Assembly: GCA_013265495.1 (NCBI GenBank)
Contig: MU058059.1
Location: 434,001 to 498,000, forward strand
Direction: 5' to 3'
Length of the DNA: 64,000 bases
Source: Vicugna vicugna
Taxonomy: Eukaryota
Positions 13,216-26,498 of the stretch are shown piece by piece (positions within the stretch are counted from its first letter, which is position 1; every line of letters starts with the position of its first letter). The position numbers and the translations under genes are program-made. The notes under the pieces are model-generated. The model saw nothing but the letters and a program-made list of their open reading frames with translations, had not been told where the DNA came from and did not search any database.

Positions 13216-13564
13216 TCAAATTGAAATGTGTATTTCCCATTCCTCTTCCTGCTTGTGGCCAAGGGTATTATGTTTACATAACGGCTGCTAATACTAGAGG
13301 AACCATCTTTAGCCAGTGAATAATTTTCAAAGAAATTTTAAATCCAGTGCCATGTCTCATACTCCCTGAAAAACCTTGGAAAATTTTTCAAAATCAGAAA
13401 ACTTGTACACAATGAATCAGGTTACAGATTTATTAAGTCATTAGAACATAACGCTGCATAATGAACTGCCTTTTAACAAAGGATTAATAAATCGTTATAT
13501 CTTTATATCAAATAATATCTTTACTGTAAATGTGGCTTGTTTTTTTCTACTGTTGCAAGAGTAA

Positions 13565-13800
13565 GTTTGGTGGAATGTAAAAGACATGTATAGATGTTGT
13601 ACTTCAGCTGACATAGGCTCAAATATAAGCTCTATCACTTACTACTTTTGCATTTGGAGCTAAGTTCCTTATGTCGCTGACCCTCAGTTTTTTCATCTAT
13701 AAAATGGGAGTATTACCCACCTCAGAGAGTAATTATGAAGAATAGAAACTGCCAGGAAAGAGACTGAAATACACTAACACACTGAAATACAGTAGGGGTT
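13565..13800 (+). mobile_element. MIR SINE
   Basis: cctcagttttttcatctataaaatggg core. Confidence 0.8.
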
Positions 13801-15019
13801 TCATAGAGCAGGCTCTTTATATCATGGGCACTTGCATTATGAATTACATTGCTGGGGGTCTGAGAATTTATTTCCTTTTAGTTTTTACACAATCTATCTG
13901 TTTTCTTTCACTGTCTTCCTTTCTTTTAATCATTTTGAGGTTTCACAGTAAAATACAACCTGCAACACTATTCATTACGTTTATGCTGTTCAATAAGCAC
14001 ATTACAGTATTTCAATTCCGTCTCTTGGCAAGCATTCTGACTAGAATATATTTTATGCTTCAGGGCCTAAATGTGTAGTGACATATTAATACTCAGGAAA
14101 TTCAGGAAATTCCTCAGTCAGGAAATTCAACAAAGATGCAGTGGACTTTAAGAAAGAACAAAGCATACGTTCACACCCTATCACATAATATAGTCCATCC
14201 TCTCTTGATTTATTATCAGGTGTCTTGGGAACTGTGTCCCTCATGGACAACTTATAATAATTCCACATTCAAAAGATGAGCTATACAAGGTTAGACTGCT
14301 AACAGGCTGCTAATTTGAGTTACGCTACATTAGAAGGGAATACCACATAGGCATATTTTATTAATAACAAACCCTTTACTTCGAATTCCCTTCGCGCATG
14401 AAAAATAAAAGAATTACACATTGATATCAACCATTTTCTAGTTCAAGTACGGATTTTACCATAAGACATGTGTAGAACAACACACAATGTGCATTTTTTT
14501 AAAGGTATTATACCTGTTTGGTTAACATCAGAAACAGTAAGAAATCTACGAATTGCCTGTTTATGTACAGACCTTATAAATCTAAATACCCAGAGGTAAT
14601 GCTCGTGACTTAACTCCCTATAAGATCCAACAATCTAAACAAGATTTACAGATAAAGGGGGTAAGAGATGCTGTTATTAGTTTGGAGAAGACCAATATAG
14701 ATGCCATAGGAAACAGGTGCTAACTGTACAGTGTACTTTGGCGAGCCCGTTTTCCAACCAATCCAAGACACAGTGGCATGGGAGAAAGGTTACAAGCTTA
14801 GAGTCAGGTCAAAGTGGTTCATGAGACTTCAGTCACGTACTAGATCCACTTTTACATTTATATTTTTCTCTTTCTTAAAATCTCAAAAGTGTAGTGTATT
14901 ATATGAAAACTGAACTTTCTAACACACTGGGACGTGATATATATTCAGCAGTGTGAGGGTCAGAAGTCAGGGGTATAGTTTCATTTACTCTCATTGTGGG
15001 AGGTGAATCCTCATCTCGT

Positions 15020-15469
15020 TGAGAAGTCTGCAAAATTCAAACTATTTTCAGACTAATACTAAAATTCACTCTCACTCTCATGAGTTTACAGTGGAATTTT
15101 CCAGAGGCTCTGTGTTGTGACGTGGCAGCCCCCTGAATGCAGGGAGGAGACATGAGGCTCCAAGTGCGCTCTTAAATCAGATGGCAAACAGCCTTGGGAT
15201 ATCAGTAAACTTAGTCAACAAAGTGTTTACCACTAGATATATTTTGTTCTATAAAATATGTTTAATTTTCCCCCAAAAAAGTTATGTGAATATATAACGC
15301 ATTTATTATTCTAATTTTAAAATGAATTAATAAATTATTTAAAAATCTCAGCTTTACTTTCTAATACAGTTAGTATCTATAACATATCCTACACAAACAA
15401 AAGATCTTTGGGGGTTTCAGTAAATTTGATGGAACGGGGTCTTGAAACTAAAAGGTTTGGGAAATGCTG
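15020..15469. mobile_element. hAT-Charlie non-autonomous DNA transposon
   Basis: ctcatgagtttacagtggaattttccagaggct, and terminal ggggtcttgaaactaaaaggtttgggaaatgctg. Confidence 0.7.
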
Positions 15470-15479
15470 CCACAGTGTC

Positions 15480-15895
15480 ATGATTTAGTAAGAAAATAAG
15501 AGCTCCAGGGACTTTCAATTTCCATTCAGGGGCTTACAGAGAAAATCAGTAAGATTATAGAAGACCTAACCATGCAATCAGATTTCTTGACATAACTTCT
15601 ATTTGCATGTACAGAACACCCATTCCAACAACAGCAGGATGTATAATCTTGTCAATTTCACACACAACATTCACCAATATAAACTATATGCTGGCTGGTA
15701 AAAAAAACCCTAAAATTTTTAAATAATATAAAGTACATCCTCTAAAAAGAACCTATGGGCCAACCAGGAAAAGTCGGGGAATATTTAAAGTATTTTGAAC
15801 TGAGGAAAATGAAAATACAGCATATCAAATTCTGTGGGATGCAGCTAAAGCAATGCATAGAAGAAAATGTATGGTATTGAAAGGATTATATCAGA
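15480..15895 (+). mobile_element. Old L1 ORF2 (endonuclease-region) fragment
   Basis: gaaaatcagtaagattatagaagacct, gaaaatgaaaatacagcatatcaaattctgtgggatgcagctaaagca. Confidence 0.8.
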
Positions 15896-15899
15896 AAAA

Positions 15900-16130
15900 T
15901 GACTCTGAAGTCAGATCGCCAGTATTCAAATACAGGCCCACCTTGTACTAAAATGTATGTTGGGCAATTTGTATAACCTCTCAGTGGGCCAAATCCCTCA
16001 CCTCTAAAATGAGGGGAACAATATATTTCTTACTTCCTGGGGTTGTTGTAAGATTAGATGTAATTGTGGAGAACCCTCAGGACAATCAATGTGTGGCATA
16101 AATGAAGTATGTAATAAAGATCAGCTAATT
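15900..16130 (+). mobile_element. MIR SINE
   Basis: gactctgaagtcaga...ttgggcaatttgtataacctctc...cctcacctctaaaatgagg...ggttgttgtaagatta. Confidence 0.7.
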
Positions 16131-16811
16131 TTTTCGTGAATTTCTAATGATCAGTAGACATTTTGGTAGAACTGGAGACAAGCACGATGAACAGTCTTTA
16201 CCCTAAAGAACCTCAAAGTCTAATTGGAAACAAACATCGATTTATAAAAAGTACCACTCCCAATATAAACCTGGGACCACAGGGAAATGCCATGTATAAC
16301 AAACTGTGGGGTTAAGCAAGCTTTCCCGGTACAGCAGATCTCTCACTGGAGGATGCGTGAGTGTGGCTTACACATCTGCGGGGAGGGAGGGATGAGTCCC
16401 CGTGGTAGACGATAAAGCACATGGAGCAAGATATACAGCTCAGCAACAGATATGTGAGGTTTGAGGTGCTAATAAGCTATCAAAAAAAAAAAAGGCAAAT
16501 TTCCAGTGTCTACAGCTCAGCAGTGACATGTGAGGCAGAAGCAAGAATTTGAGACTTAATGCGTAGTAGTAACTGAGACGAGACTTCCTGAGGGAGGAGA
16601 ACTTAGGTGAGGACAGAGACAAAGAGGTGACCCAAGGCACTGGTATACTCGTTGAAGACAACTGAGGTGAAAAGAAAGAATGATAAATAGATATTAAAGA
16701 TCAAGTGGCAACTTGATCAGGTATTGATGATTCCTGAGAATTTGATTCAGAGGTTTTTTTTCCCTTCAAACTAATAATACCTCTTGATCAAGAATGAATT
16801 CTGTACAGGAA

Positions 16812-17274
16812 TGCATTAAATTCCTGGGGCTGCAGCAGCAAGGCATTACAAATTGGATAGCTCTAAACAACAGAATTTATATTCCCACAGCTCTGAAGGC
16901 CAGAAGTCTGAAACCAAAGAGTCACAAGGGCCACGTCCTCTCTGGAGCTTTGAATGGAGAATGTGTTTCATGCCTCTTTCAACTTTCAAAGGCTGCCAGC
17001 ACTCCTTGGCTTGTGTTCACATCTCTGCCCTGACTCTCCATGACCTTCTCCTCATACGCTTCCTCCTCAAAAGTCCCCCTGCCTCTCTGCTGTGGGATTG
17101 CACTCAGGGCCTAGACAGAAAACCTAAGACACACTCCTCTCCAGAGCAGTAACTGAATCACAACTTTGCATTACAAGGTCATGTTCATTCTTTGGCCATT
17201 TTAGGTGTTACCCACAGGTTCTGGAATTAGGACTTGAACATGTCTTTTCAGGGGCCATCATCTAGCTCACTACA
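16812..17274 (-). mobile_element. MLT1 (ERVL-MaLR) solo LTR
   Basis: taaacaacagaatttatattcccacagctctgaaggccagaagtctgaaa, ending in ggggccatcatctagctcactaca. Confidence 0.85.
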
Positions 17275-17523
17275 AGCATTTTGTCAAAAACTTAAAATAA
17301 TAAGACTCATCATTAGCAAGGTATTGGGGAAAGGCTAGTCACACACTAGTAACAAAAGTTATATTGGCACGATCTCTGCAGAGAACAATTTGGCAAGGTT
17401 AAAAAAAAAAGGCTTCAAAAATGTGTATGTCGTCTTCAACATGGCAATTATAAGTTTAGAACTCTATCCCAAGAAGAAATGTGGTTCACATATGAATGTA
17501 CAAGTATGTCCACCTAAGTGTTT

Positions 17524-17635
17524 ACTGATTGATTGAATGACTGATTGATTGGAGATGGAATCTCCAAGATGGGGATGGAACCCAAGACCTTGTGCATGCT
17601 AAGCACACGCTCTACCACTGAGCTATACTCTCCCC
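17524..17635 (-). mobile_element. tRNA-Ala-derived camelid-type SINE (vic-1-like) inserted in an old L1 (~17280-17900)
   Basis: Minus strand GGGGAGAGTATAGCTCAGTGGTAGAGCGTGTGCTTAGCATGCACAAGGTCTTGGGTTCCATCCCC (A and B boxes, Ala-AGC-like loop), then an (AATC)n-like tail. Confidence 0.85.
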
Positions 17636-19014
17636 TTTCACCACAGTCGTTTTAATATTTGAAAAGAAAACCTGGATCTAGCCTAAAGTGCTCAACAATA
17701 GGGCTTCAATGGAATTAAATTGTGTATGTCTATATATATAATATCTGTGTATGTATACTGAATTCATACCATAACATGTATAGCCAACAAAACTGGAAAT
17801 ATAATTCCAAATTCATAACATGTAAGAGGATTCACAATACCATCAAATCCAAGGTTATAAAATGACATGAACAGTATGACATTTTAGTAAATAAAAAGGC
17901 ACATCTAAAAGAATCTGAATCAGTTGATTATATAAATATTACTACTGACAGGATCACTGGGATTTTATCAACTCATTTTTCTATAATTTTGAATTTTCCT
18001 TATGAGTTTACTCCTATTTTTAAACAGCTGAAAAGTGAATTACTGTGTCAGACACATAGTAACTTTTCTTCAAAATATATTTATAACTCTCCTTAAAATT
18101 TCAAAGTACTTTAGCGGTAACTTATCTTTAGATGGATTAAAAAAATAAAATTATATAAAAATATATACAAGTGAATTTGGATAAAAAACCAAAATAGTTT
18201 TATAAATATTACAAAGACCAAATGTGCAAAAAATTTGAACCACTTAAGTAAAATTATTAATACTATCATTTATCTATGTATATAATAAATGAGAATAAAA
18301 CCTTTATTCCTAAGTGTAATCAACATTCATTATTTAAGATAAAGCTAGCCTATAGCTGTAAATATACTCTACAGGCCATTTTACAAAGCCAAGTATGTGT
18401 ATGTGTGCTTGGTAAATGAGACTGTGAAGGAATTATATCAACAAACTTATATTATATACATAAATTATAAAATTTAATTGTTTCTGGAAGAGGCTCTCAT
18501 CTTATTAAGCATCATGATTAGTGATGTTATTGCCCACAAAATGCATCTTTCAAGAGTTATTTTGATATCTAATTCATAAAAGAATGATCTTTTATATACC
18601 CCTAGTACAGAGTATACTTTACAGCTCAAACCTAAAAAATATCATGAAATTGCTCTTTTGCTATCATTAAATGTGATCCACCAATTCTTCCAAGACCAAT
18701 AAATATTCACTTCCACTGGTATTTGCTCCCTCAACTGGAAAATGGATTAATCAAAAAATGTCCTCTTAGAGCTTTTATGGAGAACTTTATGTATCTTTTC
18801 ATAAAATGAATAATGAAAATTGTGCCATGTTCACTTGCAGAACGTCTGCATTAATATTAAGGTGAGAAGTAGTTCACAATTCATTTAACTGTGACAGTAA
18901 TTGGGCTGCTATTTGTTTTTACATTCTCTGTGACTATCTGTTTGCCTAAGTGCGAGACCTTTCACGTCAAGCTACAGGTCTTCCCAAATTGTTACTGTAG
19001 GTTGGAATCCTCAC

Positions 19015-19054
19015 CTTGTACAGCAAATTCAACCTTGTTCACATCATAAATCAT
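19015..19054 (-). other. Candidate 40-nt internal exon of the minus-strand gene
   Basis: Minus strand reads aaatttttcttttag|ATGATTTATGATGTGAACAAGGTTGAATTTGCTGTACAAG|gtgagg. Both splice sites are strong and the sequence is unique. Confidence 0.5.
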
Positions 19055-19523
19055 CTAAAAGAAAAATTTCAAAATTCATAAAATTTTTACTGATGTGTAA
19101 TTTATCATGTTAATTTCAGGTGTAGCGAATTCATATTCTACCAACAGAATTTGCTGGATTGTTTCAACGCCCTTCAGAAAACAGGGAAGATGTGCTGTCT
19201 ACACCTCTGTCTTGTCGAGAAGCCAGAGCTTCCCAAATGAGCCTCTTCTAACACACGAGCTAATCACGGAAAAGCAGCTTCGATTCTGTCAGCCCAGAGG
19301 ATTCTTAAAAGGTGGCCTACTCCAGAGCAACATTTACAGATGTCCTGGGATGGTGACAGACTGCAGAGACCCGGAGGGCAGGAGACAATAGGTAAGTGGG
19401 AGGTGACCAGGAATGATCTTATCACTGCCTGGAAAGCAGAGGGTGGAGAATTTGAAGCCACAGGAATTTACAAGGCACTTGGTGAAGGTTAATAGAAAGT
19501 CCTAAAAAGGATGTTGTCGATTA

Positions 19524-20039
19524 TACACAACAGCCAAGACATGAAAGCAACCTAAATGTCCATTGACAGGTGACTGGTAAAGAAATTGTGGTATATTTAT
19601 ACAATGGAATACTACTCAGCCATAAAAAGAATAAAATAATGCCATTTGCAGCAACATGGATGGACCTAAAGGTCATCATTCTAAGTGAAGTGAGTCAGAA
19701 GGAGAAAGAAAAATACCATGATATCACTCATATGTGGTAACAGAAACAGATTTGCAGACTTAGTAAACAACTTTATAGTTATTGGGGAAAGCAGGTGGGA
19801 GGGGATAAATCTGGGAGTTTGAGATTTACAAATGTTAGCTACTATATATAAAAATAGATTTTTTAAAAGTTTCTTTTATATAGCACAGGGAACTATGTTC
19901 AATATCTTGCAATAACCTTTAATGGAAAAAATATGAAAACAAATATATGTATGTGTATGCATGACTGGGACACTGTGCTGTACACCAGAGATCCATGCAT
20001 TGTAAATGACTGTACTTGAATAATAATAATAAAAAAAAA
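19524..20039 (+). mobile_element. Lineage-specific L1 3' end
   Basis: caacagccaagacatgaaagcaacctaaatgtcc ... gactgtacttgaaataataataataaaaaaaaa, homologous to 7970-8563. Confidence 0.93.
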
Positions 20040-21349
20040 GATGCAGACGAACCCTTGCAGATGGAGAGGGAACCTAACCAAAGTTGTTCTTTCTAATTTT
20101 ACTTGACCCCAGATAAATGAGTTGGTAACATGCTGGATCCTCTATCTCAGACCCCAAGTTCCTCATTCCAGTTTAGAGACAGCATAAAAGATTAACAAAC
20201 ACTTGCTAAAATTCATCTTCTTCTGTTTCTGGTTGTTGTGCCAATCTTCCCAATGTTAAAATTATCAAAAAATTTTTCATGTACACTTGATAGATAATAC
20301 AAGGCAATCAGAGTCACTGGGATAGAGAGACCTTTCTAATTTCAAGGATAAAATTAGTCATTTATCCTGCATTCTTATAAAATTAGTTTTTCTTTAACAC
20401 CATCTGGGAATGCCTTCAAACTGTGACCAAATAGTCAGCATACTGTTCTCTGTGGGATTCTGATTTAATTCATGGCATATCTGAAAGGGCAGAGTTATTC
20501 ATCACCAATTAGAAGAAAGAAAAAGCAGCAGTAGTTTTGCTGAAGTATTTAGTTCTTAGATGGCTTTTGTCTTTTTCCTTTTGGGAAGAAAAGTGCAAAT
20601 ACAAGAGATGGGGATGTTAAGCACTAAATTTGCAACTTATTCTTCATTTACTTTTCCAAACTCAATTTATTGGTAGATTTCCCTAGCAGCAGGAATCTGA
20701 CATTTACTGCCATTGTTTATTCCACTGGAAGAAACTTCTTTTAAATCTAAAATACAGTTATTTCACCCGTCCCCTCCAGCACGCATGTAATGCCTAGTAT
20801 ACACCAAATGCTGTGCAAGTGTCCAGGGAAATGAGCCATAAGGCCACATTCTCCGGTGGGCTAAAAATTGACTTGCATTTCATTTACTTTTTTGTTGTTA
20901 GTTTTTCAAGCTCAAAATCAAGGGAAAATGGCAAAACAAGCAAAAGTATTAAGTTTAAAAAATGGTTTCACAAATCATCACAGGAGTTAATGAAAGAGTT
21001 CATTTATACTTGAGCAAAATAAGATACTGTATATCAATTCTGAAATCCAATTGTAAAACTGTTCAGTATTTGGCCACCAGTACTGAAGGCGGCCACCGGG
21101 GGCTAGACTCACACATGCTCAGGCTCCTACTGTCCCACTGCTGAGGTTAAGGTGAAGGAAGGGGTCAGCTCTGGCTTTCTAGGGACTGGCTCCTGACACA
21201 GCCAGTCTGACAGGACACACTTAGCACAACTTTACACAGACTTGAACTTGTGCCAAGGATGCTGACCCGCCTGCCTGAAGACACAAAGTTAGTCAGTTCT
21301 CCAGACACTGATTTCAGGCATGTAGAAAACTACTTCCCTGTATTTTTCA

Positions 21350-21462
21350 TCTCAAACATTCAAACATTTATCAAACATCTGCTACAGCCTGGCACTATGT
21401 CAAGTGATGAGGACACTTCAGTGACCAAAGTAGACTTGACCACTGCCTTCCTGGAATCTCAA
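21350..21462 (-). mobile_element. L2 3' end fragment
   Basis: cattcaaacatttatcaaacatctgctacagcctggcactatg. Confidence 0.6.
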
Positions 21463-22219
21463 CAACACGACACACTGAAGGGAACACCCCAACTCGTCAC
21501 CTCTCTCCATCTGCAAACCCTCTAACACCAGCATAGTATAATGGTTTGGTACTTATTTCCCTAAAGCCAGCATTGTTTTTGGTTTTATTTCTCTAGTAAA
21601 TTTCGTCACACCTATCTTTTCCCTCTCAGAGTAAATTCCTTGAGGGCAGAAAGCCTGTATCATAGAAATTCTTAAGACTTCCTCTAATACCCAGTTGCAG
21701 TGGTTCCCCTTGACCCAGCACTTTTCCTGCAAGATGGGTAAGGTTATATTCACTTTCAGGGAAAAGTAATAACAAAAGGAAGTCACAGCACCAGAACTCG
21801 ATGAAGCACAGATAAGATAAAAGTTCTCCATGGAGCAGGATGCCCGGGTGATGGTTGTGCTGGTCACGTCACGGTGCAACTGACATTCTACGTGCACACA
21901 AACTGCCGGTCCTTTCTGGCCCCCCAGTGACCCTAATTCCCATCTCACAGCCTTAATGCAGTGCAGACAGGAAATCAATATGGCCAGCTTCGAGGCCACA
22001 TAACAGGAGATGTCCTCCCCTGAAAAACCTCTCCCCAAGTGGCCTGGGAAGGCGTCTGGAAGTCCTGTCTCCCTCACGCCTTTGAGTTAAAGTCCAGAAA
22101 GGCTCCTTTTAAATATAAATACTGGCTGTGATTACTTCTGTTTTTGAATTCTTATACTACTTTCTGTCCATTCTCTCATACCAAGGAATAGATTTACTTA
22201 TTTAAAAGAGCCATTTTAA

Positions 22220-22505
22220 GGGGAAGGGGGGGGATAAACTAGGGGTGTAGGATTGATAGACACACACAACTGTATATAAAACAGATAAACAACAAGGACC
22301 TACTGTAGAGTACAGGGAACTACATTCAATATCTTGTAATAACCTATAATGGAAAAGAATCTGAAAAAGAAGATATATGTCTGTGTGTGTGTGTGTGTGT
22401 GTGTGTATGCATATATATATATATAACTGAATCACTGTGCTGTACACCTGAACCTAACATCATATTGTAAATCAACTGTAGTTCAATAAAATTTTTTAAA
22501 TTAAA
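22220..22505 (+). mobile_element. L1 3' UTR fragment with a (TG)n(TA)n expansion
   Basis: gggataaactagggg, aacaacaaggacctactgtagagtacagggaac, aactgaatcactgtgctgtacacctg, ttcaataaaa. Confidence 0.9.
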
Positions 22506-22559
22506 AGACCTGTCTTGTTCAGAAAAGATTTAAAGAGGATGACACATGTTATCATGTTG

Positions 22560-22820
22560 ATAGAGTAGAGACCAGAGATGAAGACAGTTGGCACTGGGGA
22601 CAGACTTCTTGTGTTTGCATCCTTTCTCTACTGGTTCCACAAGCTACTTCCTATGTGACCATGGACAATTCCATGCCTCAGTTTCCATATCTACAAAATG
22701 GGGATAATAACATTACTACATCAATAACTTATTGTAAGAATTACATGATAATACAAATAGCACACATAGCAACCTGTCATCTGCTTAGGACAAAGTAAGA
22801 TCTCAGTAAATTTTCTAGGT
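22560..22820 (+). mobile_element. MIR SINE
   Basis: atgcctcagtttccatatctacaaaatggggataataa core. Confidence 0.8.
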
Positions 22821-24904
22821 ATTATTAAATCGCTGTGTTTTCCTTTTGAATATGCATTATCTCCTCAGTTAGATCTGAAATCAAGCAAAACCAATAAACT
22901 GTGATTGGATACTTTCAAGAACACTGAGTAGCAGTAATCAAAAGGGAAATACATTATAATGAAAGAGGAAATATATTAGGTTAAATAAGAAGCACATGAA
23001 AAGTATTTGGTTAAGAAGATCATTTGTTGAGATATGATTATGAGATTATTGATGTTATTATGGATTATAGAACCATTATACATTTTTGAGTTAGCAGAAA
23101 TAGAATGCCTTCAAGTGATGGATTTTAGAAATTATAGTTTGTTCGAGACAATATATGAAGAAGCAGAAAAACTAAGAAGGGTAAGTTCCAGAGTTTTTAT
23201 AATCTTGCAAAACAAGGTGAGCCACAGACACAGTCGGAGACTAATTAACCAAATGGAGCAGAGAGCCTGCGTTCCCAGGCTGGCAGTATCACATGGAGCA
23301 GAGCCACATGCAGAGGAAGTGAAGAATAAATGGGGACAGAGCAACAAGCAGATGGGTTAGGTCCACCTTGGGTGAAGGTTGGTGGTGGAGTTGGAAGGGA
23401 GTTATGCAATAAACAAAGGACAGAACCCCTGGGACACCCTTGGCTATACTGAACTTTTCAGCTCCAGACCTTCGGAAGTCCTGCAGCTCTGCCAGCATTG
23501 AGTCAGATGGGGTTTGGGAATCCACGTCACCCCAGCTCATCTGCTGGGCCCCCTGATGCAAGGAAGGAACATAGGGTTGGGAGAGCTTTTGTCAGTTGAA
23601 TGGCACCTGCTAATGTCACACCTTGGAATTCAGACTGTGTCCCACGCTGCCATCAAAGAATGAAACCCATCTAAGGAGAACAGCAGGGGTGATGGGAACC
23701 CTGGGTGCCAATGCCCATTCCAACTAATTTTAGAGAGAAAAACCACCCACTGCTGGGATCCACTGTTTTAGAAACTCTGGGAGGGTCACAGGTTTACACT
23801 GGTAACTGTGAAGAAAATGCTGAGCTCCGAGTAGATCCTAAAATAAACTTGGTCTCCTAACTCTGTCCCTTCTGATCATTGCTAGGTGACCATCCCAAGT
23901 CCTTATGGCAGCTATAACACCTGAAGTGACCCCCACTGTGTCCATGTTCAGTGTCTCATTACAAAGTAACTTCATCATACAAAGTCAGTCTTTTCCGTCA
24001 ACCCTGAATATAAATTGTGCAGATCTGCGATCATGGAGGGAGACATTTATTAAATCTCATTTGAACTTGGGGCATTTACTGGGTCTGTACCAAAAGATGC
24101 TCCACTTCTCTGAGTTTGTTTATCTATTTTTGGTACCAAGTTATTAGAGCACAACTGCTCTTCCTGGATCAGTGGAGTGTGGAAGTGGATAACCAGGGAT
24201 GCCAAAATTTTACCAGCACATTAAAATAGGAAGCTGGTACTACCACAATAGATCCCACCAGGGCAGAAAACAACCTATAACATGAGCTAAGAGAGCCTGT
24301 GTCACCACACTGGGGTCATTAAATGTCATATAATAAGCATGGTCAGGGCACTTTCCAACCAAGGATCTAAGAGGGTTTAAGATAAATTGTGAAAATCTCA
24401 AAACAGCCCAAGCAGTTACAGTGTTATTACTTCTGTAAACCTTGCAGTGTAATCTATTTAGGTCAGTATATGATTGCATCCTGAGTCATTTACATATATT
24501 ACATTTGTAATTATTACATTTACATATATTACAAATGTAAATGTACGTATGTACATAAACTCCCATCTTGCAATATTCTTTTCCAGGATGAGTTAAAACA
24601 GCAGGAAAAAATGAATAACTATGAATAAGTTGAATTTCACTTAATTAATTCAAGATTATCATTAAATATTAACGAACAAAAAGGTGTTATTGCTGAATAC
24701 ACCAACAACCATCACTCTGTGACAACCTCTCTCCTCTCACATGTCACACTTTCTGCACAGAATCGTGCTGTGTGTTTTTCTTAATCCTTTTGTCTTAAGT
24801 GGGTATTTATAAACTGTCTTATTTTTGCATTCCCTTGTAACATTGTACATGTATTTCTTACAGGAAAAATATTAGACCCGAACGCACAATAAAAATGACC
24901 TTTG

Positions 24905-25640
24905 AATGCTAATATCCACCCACCAGATTGGCAAAAATTAAGAAGGCTGGTGACACTAAGTGTTGGCAAGGATTTAGAACATTGGGGACTCTTATATGCC
25001 ACTGGTGGGAGTCCAAATTGGCATAGCTACATTGCAAAACAGCTGGGCATTATTTTGAAAAGCTGGCCCCCTGCCCAGCCCAGCCTCTGCCACTGATGTT
25101 TCATGAGACATGCCTAAGAAGGTCTGCGGCAGCCTGGTTGGTAATAGCGAAAACAAACAAAAGCAACCATCCAACCAACCAAATATACAGAAACGAGAGA
25201 ACGGAGGAGTGAACTGCACAACAGTCACAACCTGGAGTTTCTGTGACACCAAAAATATACTGACTGTGCCCATCAGCATGGACGGGTCTTCAAAGGACAG
25301 GATTCAACGCAACAGGCAAGGCGCATACAAGGAGAACACAAACATTTTACTGCCATTTTGATCAAGGTCAAAAGAAAGGAAAGTTATTGAAAAACTGATT
25401 TGTAGGAATAATGCATATAAACAGTAAAAGAATAAAGAGCGGAGAGAGAATGACACAAAGGAAGCTCCCGAGATGAGGTCGCTGTGGAGGATGGGTGCCG
25501 GGGCCTGCCGGGAGGAAGCCGAGGGCACGGGGAGCATCTCGTGGCTGGTGGCGAGGCTCTACCTTCAGATGGATGGCACATCTGGGGGACACGTGGAGCC
25601 GTTATGCTTCACAGCACACACAGACATTTTATAATGAAAA
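24905..25640 (+). mobile_element. Old L1ME-like ORF2 end and 3' UTR
   Basis: cacccaccagattggcaaaaattaagaag, agtgttggcaaggat, actggtgggagtccaaattgg. Confidence 0.75.
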
Positions 25641-26224
25641 AATTTCTTAAATGCACCCCCTTAATTAAACCCAAATATTTCCTTTAAGGTTGTGTATTTC
25701 CTACCTAAAAAGCAATATTCACTTCTTCCAAATGAAGAATTCTGGTTTCTGTTTCTGAAATAGTCACTAAGAGTTTTCTGACCTTGTACACGCCACTTCA
25801 TCTCTTTGAGGATTCTTCTTTCAACCGGAAAATACAGGTCTTAGGCAACAATCCCTTGAGTCTTTTCTGGAGAATATTCCTATGACTGTGTCAACCTCTA
25901 AGCCTTCTGCCTTGGGCGATGTCGCGTCTACCTGGACTAATTCTCTCATTCTCGAAAACAAGCCCACAAGGAGTTAATCAAATGTACAAGCGTCCACATG
26001 TGTCTTTGCTAAACACTAACTTACTTAACTATACCTCAGTGTTAATTTCCTCCCCGTTCCAGAGTTCTGCCACCATAGGATCTGAATTTTGCAGCAGTCA
26101 CACAAGGTGGCTTCTCCCTGTGGGAATTTAGCAAAGCCAGATGGAGATTTCTTCCTCACAGACTTCGAGCTAAGACTTGACTAAAAATCAAGGTGGCCTG
26201 CAGTCTTACACAATGGAAATAATA

Positions 26225-26400
26225 CCGACTGCATTTTAGAAGCCAAGTCCTAATCTTGGCTTCGACATCTACTACTTGGACGACTATGGTTAAGTCATTC
26301 AACTTCTCTCGACCTCAATTTATTCATCTGTAATAAAGCACCAGAAATAGATTAAAGCTCTCTGGGAACATCTTCTCTTCCAGGACAGTATAATTCTACC
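26225..26400 (+). mobile_element. MIR SINE fragment
   Basis: aagtcattcaacttctctcgacctcaatttattcatctgtaa. Confidence 0.7.
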
Positions 26401-26498
26401 TTAATTTAAGTTTGCTCTTGGGAACAGTTTTTTTTTTTTGACCTAATAATCAACTGTTAACAAAAAGTGTTCAAATTGCTTGCAGAAATCACGTACCA

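Noticed and set aside
14512..14572. Possible minus-strand exon
   Set aside because: Weak acceptor (poor pyrimidine tract) and weak donor GTATAA.
17570..17635. Possible tRNA-Ala gene (also at 30030-30092)
   Set aside because: Stem mismatches, simple-repeat tails and truncation indicate tRNA-derived SINEs.
21553..22077. 174-aa minus-strand ORF (also 35638-36111 and 37476-37937)
   Set aside because: No domain similarity that I recognise and no matching splice-site pair, so consistent with chance.
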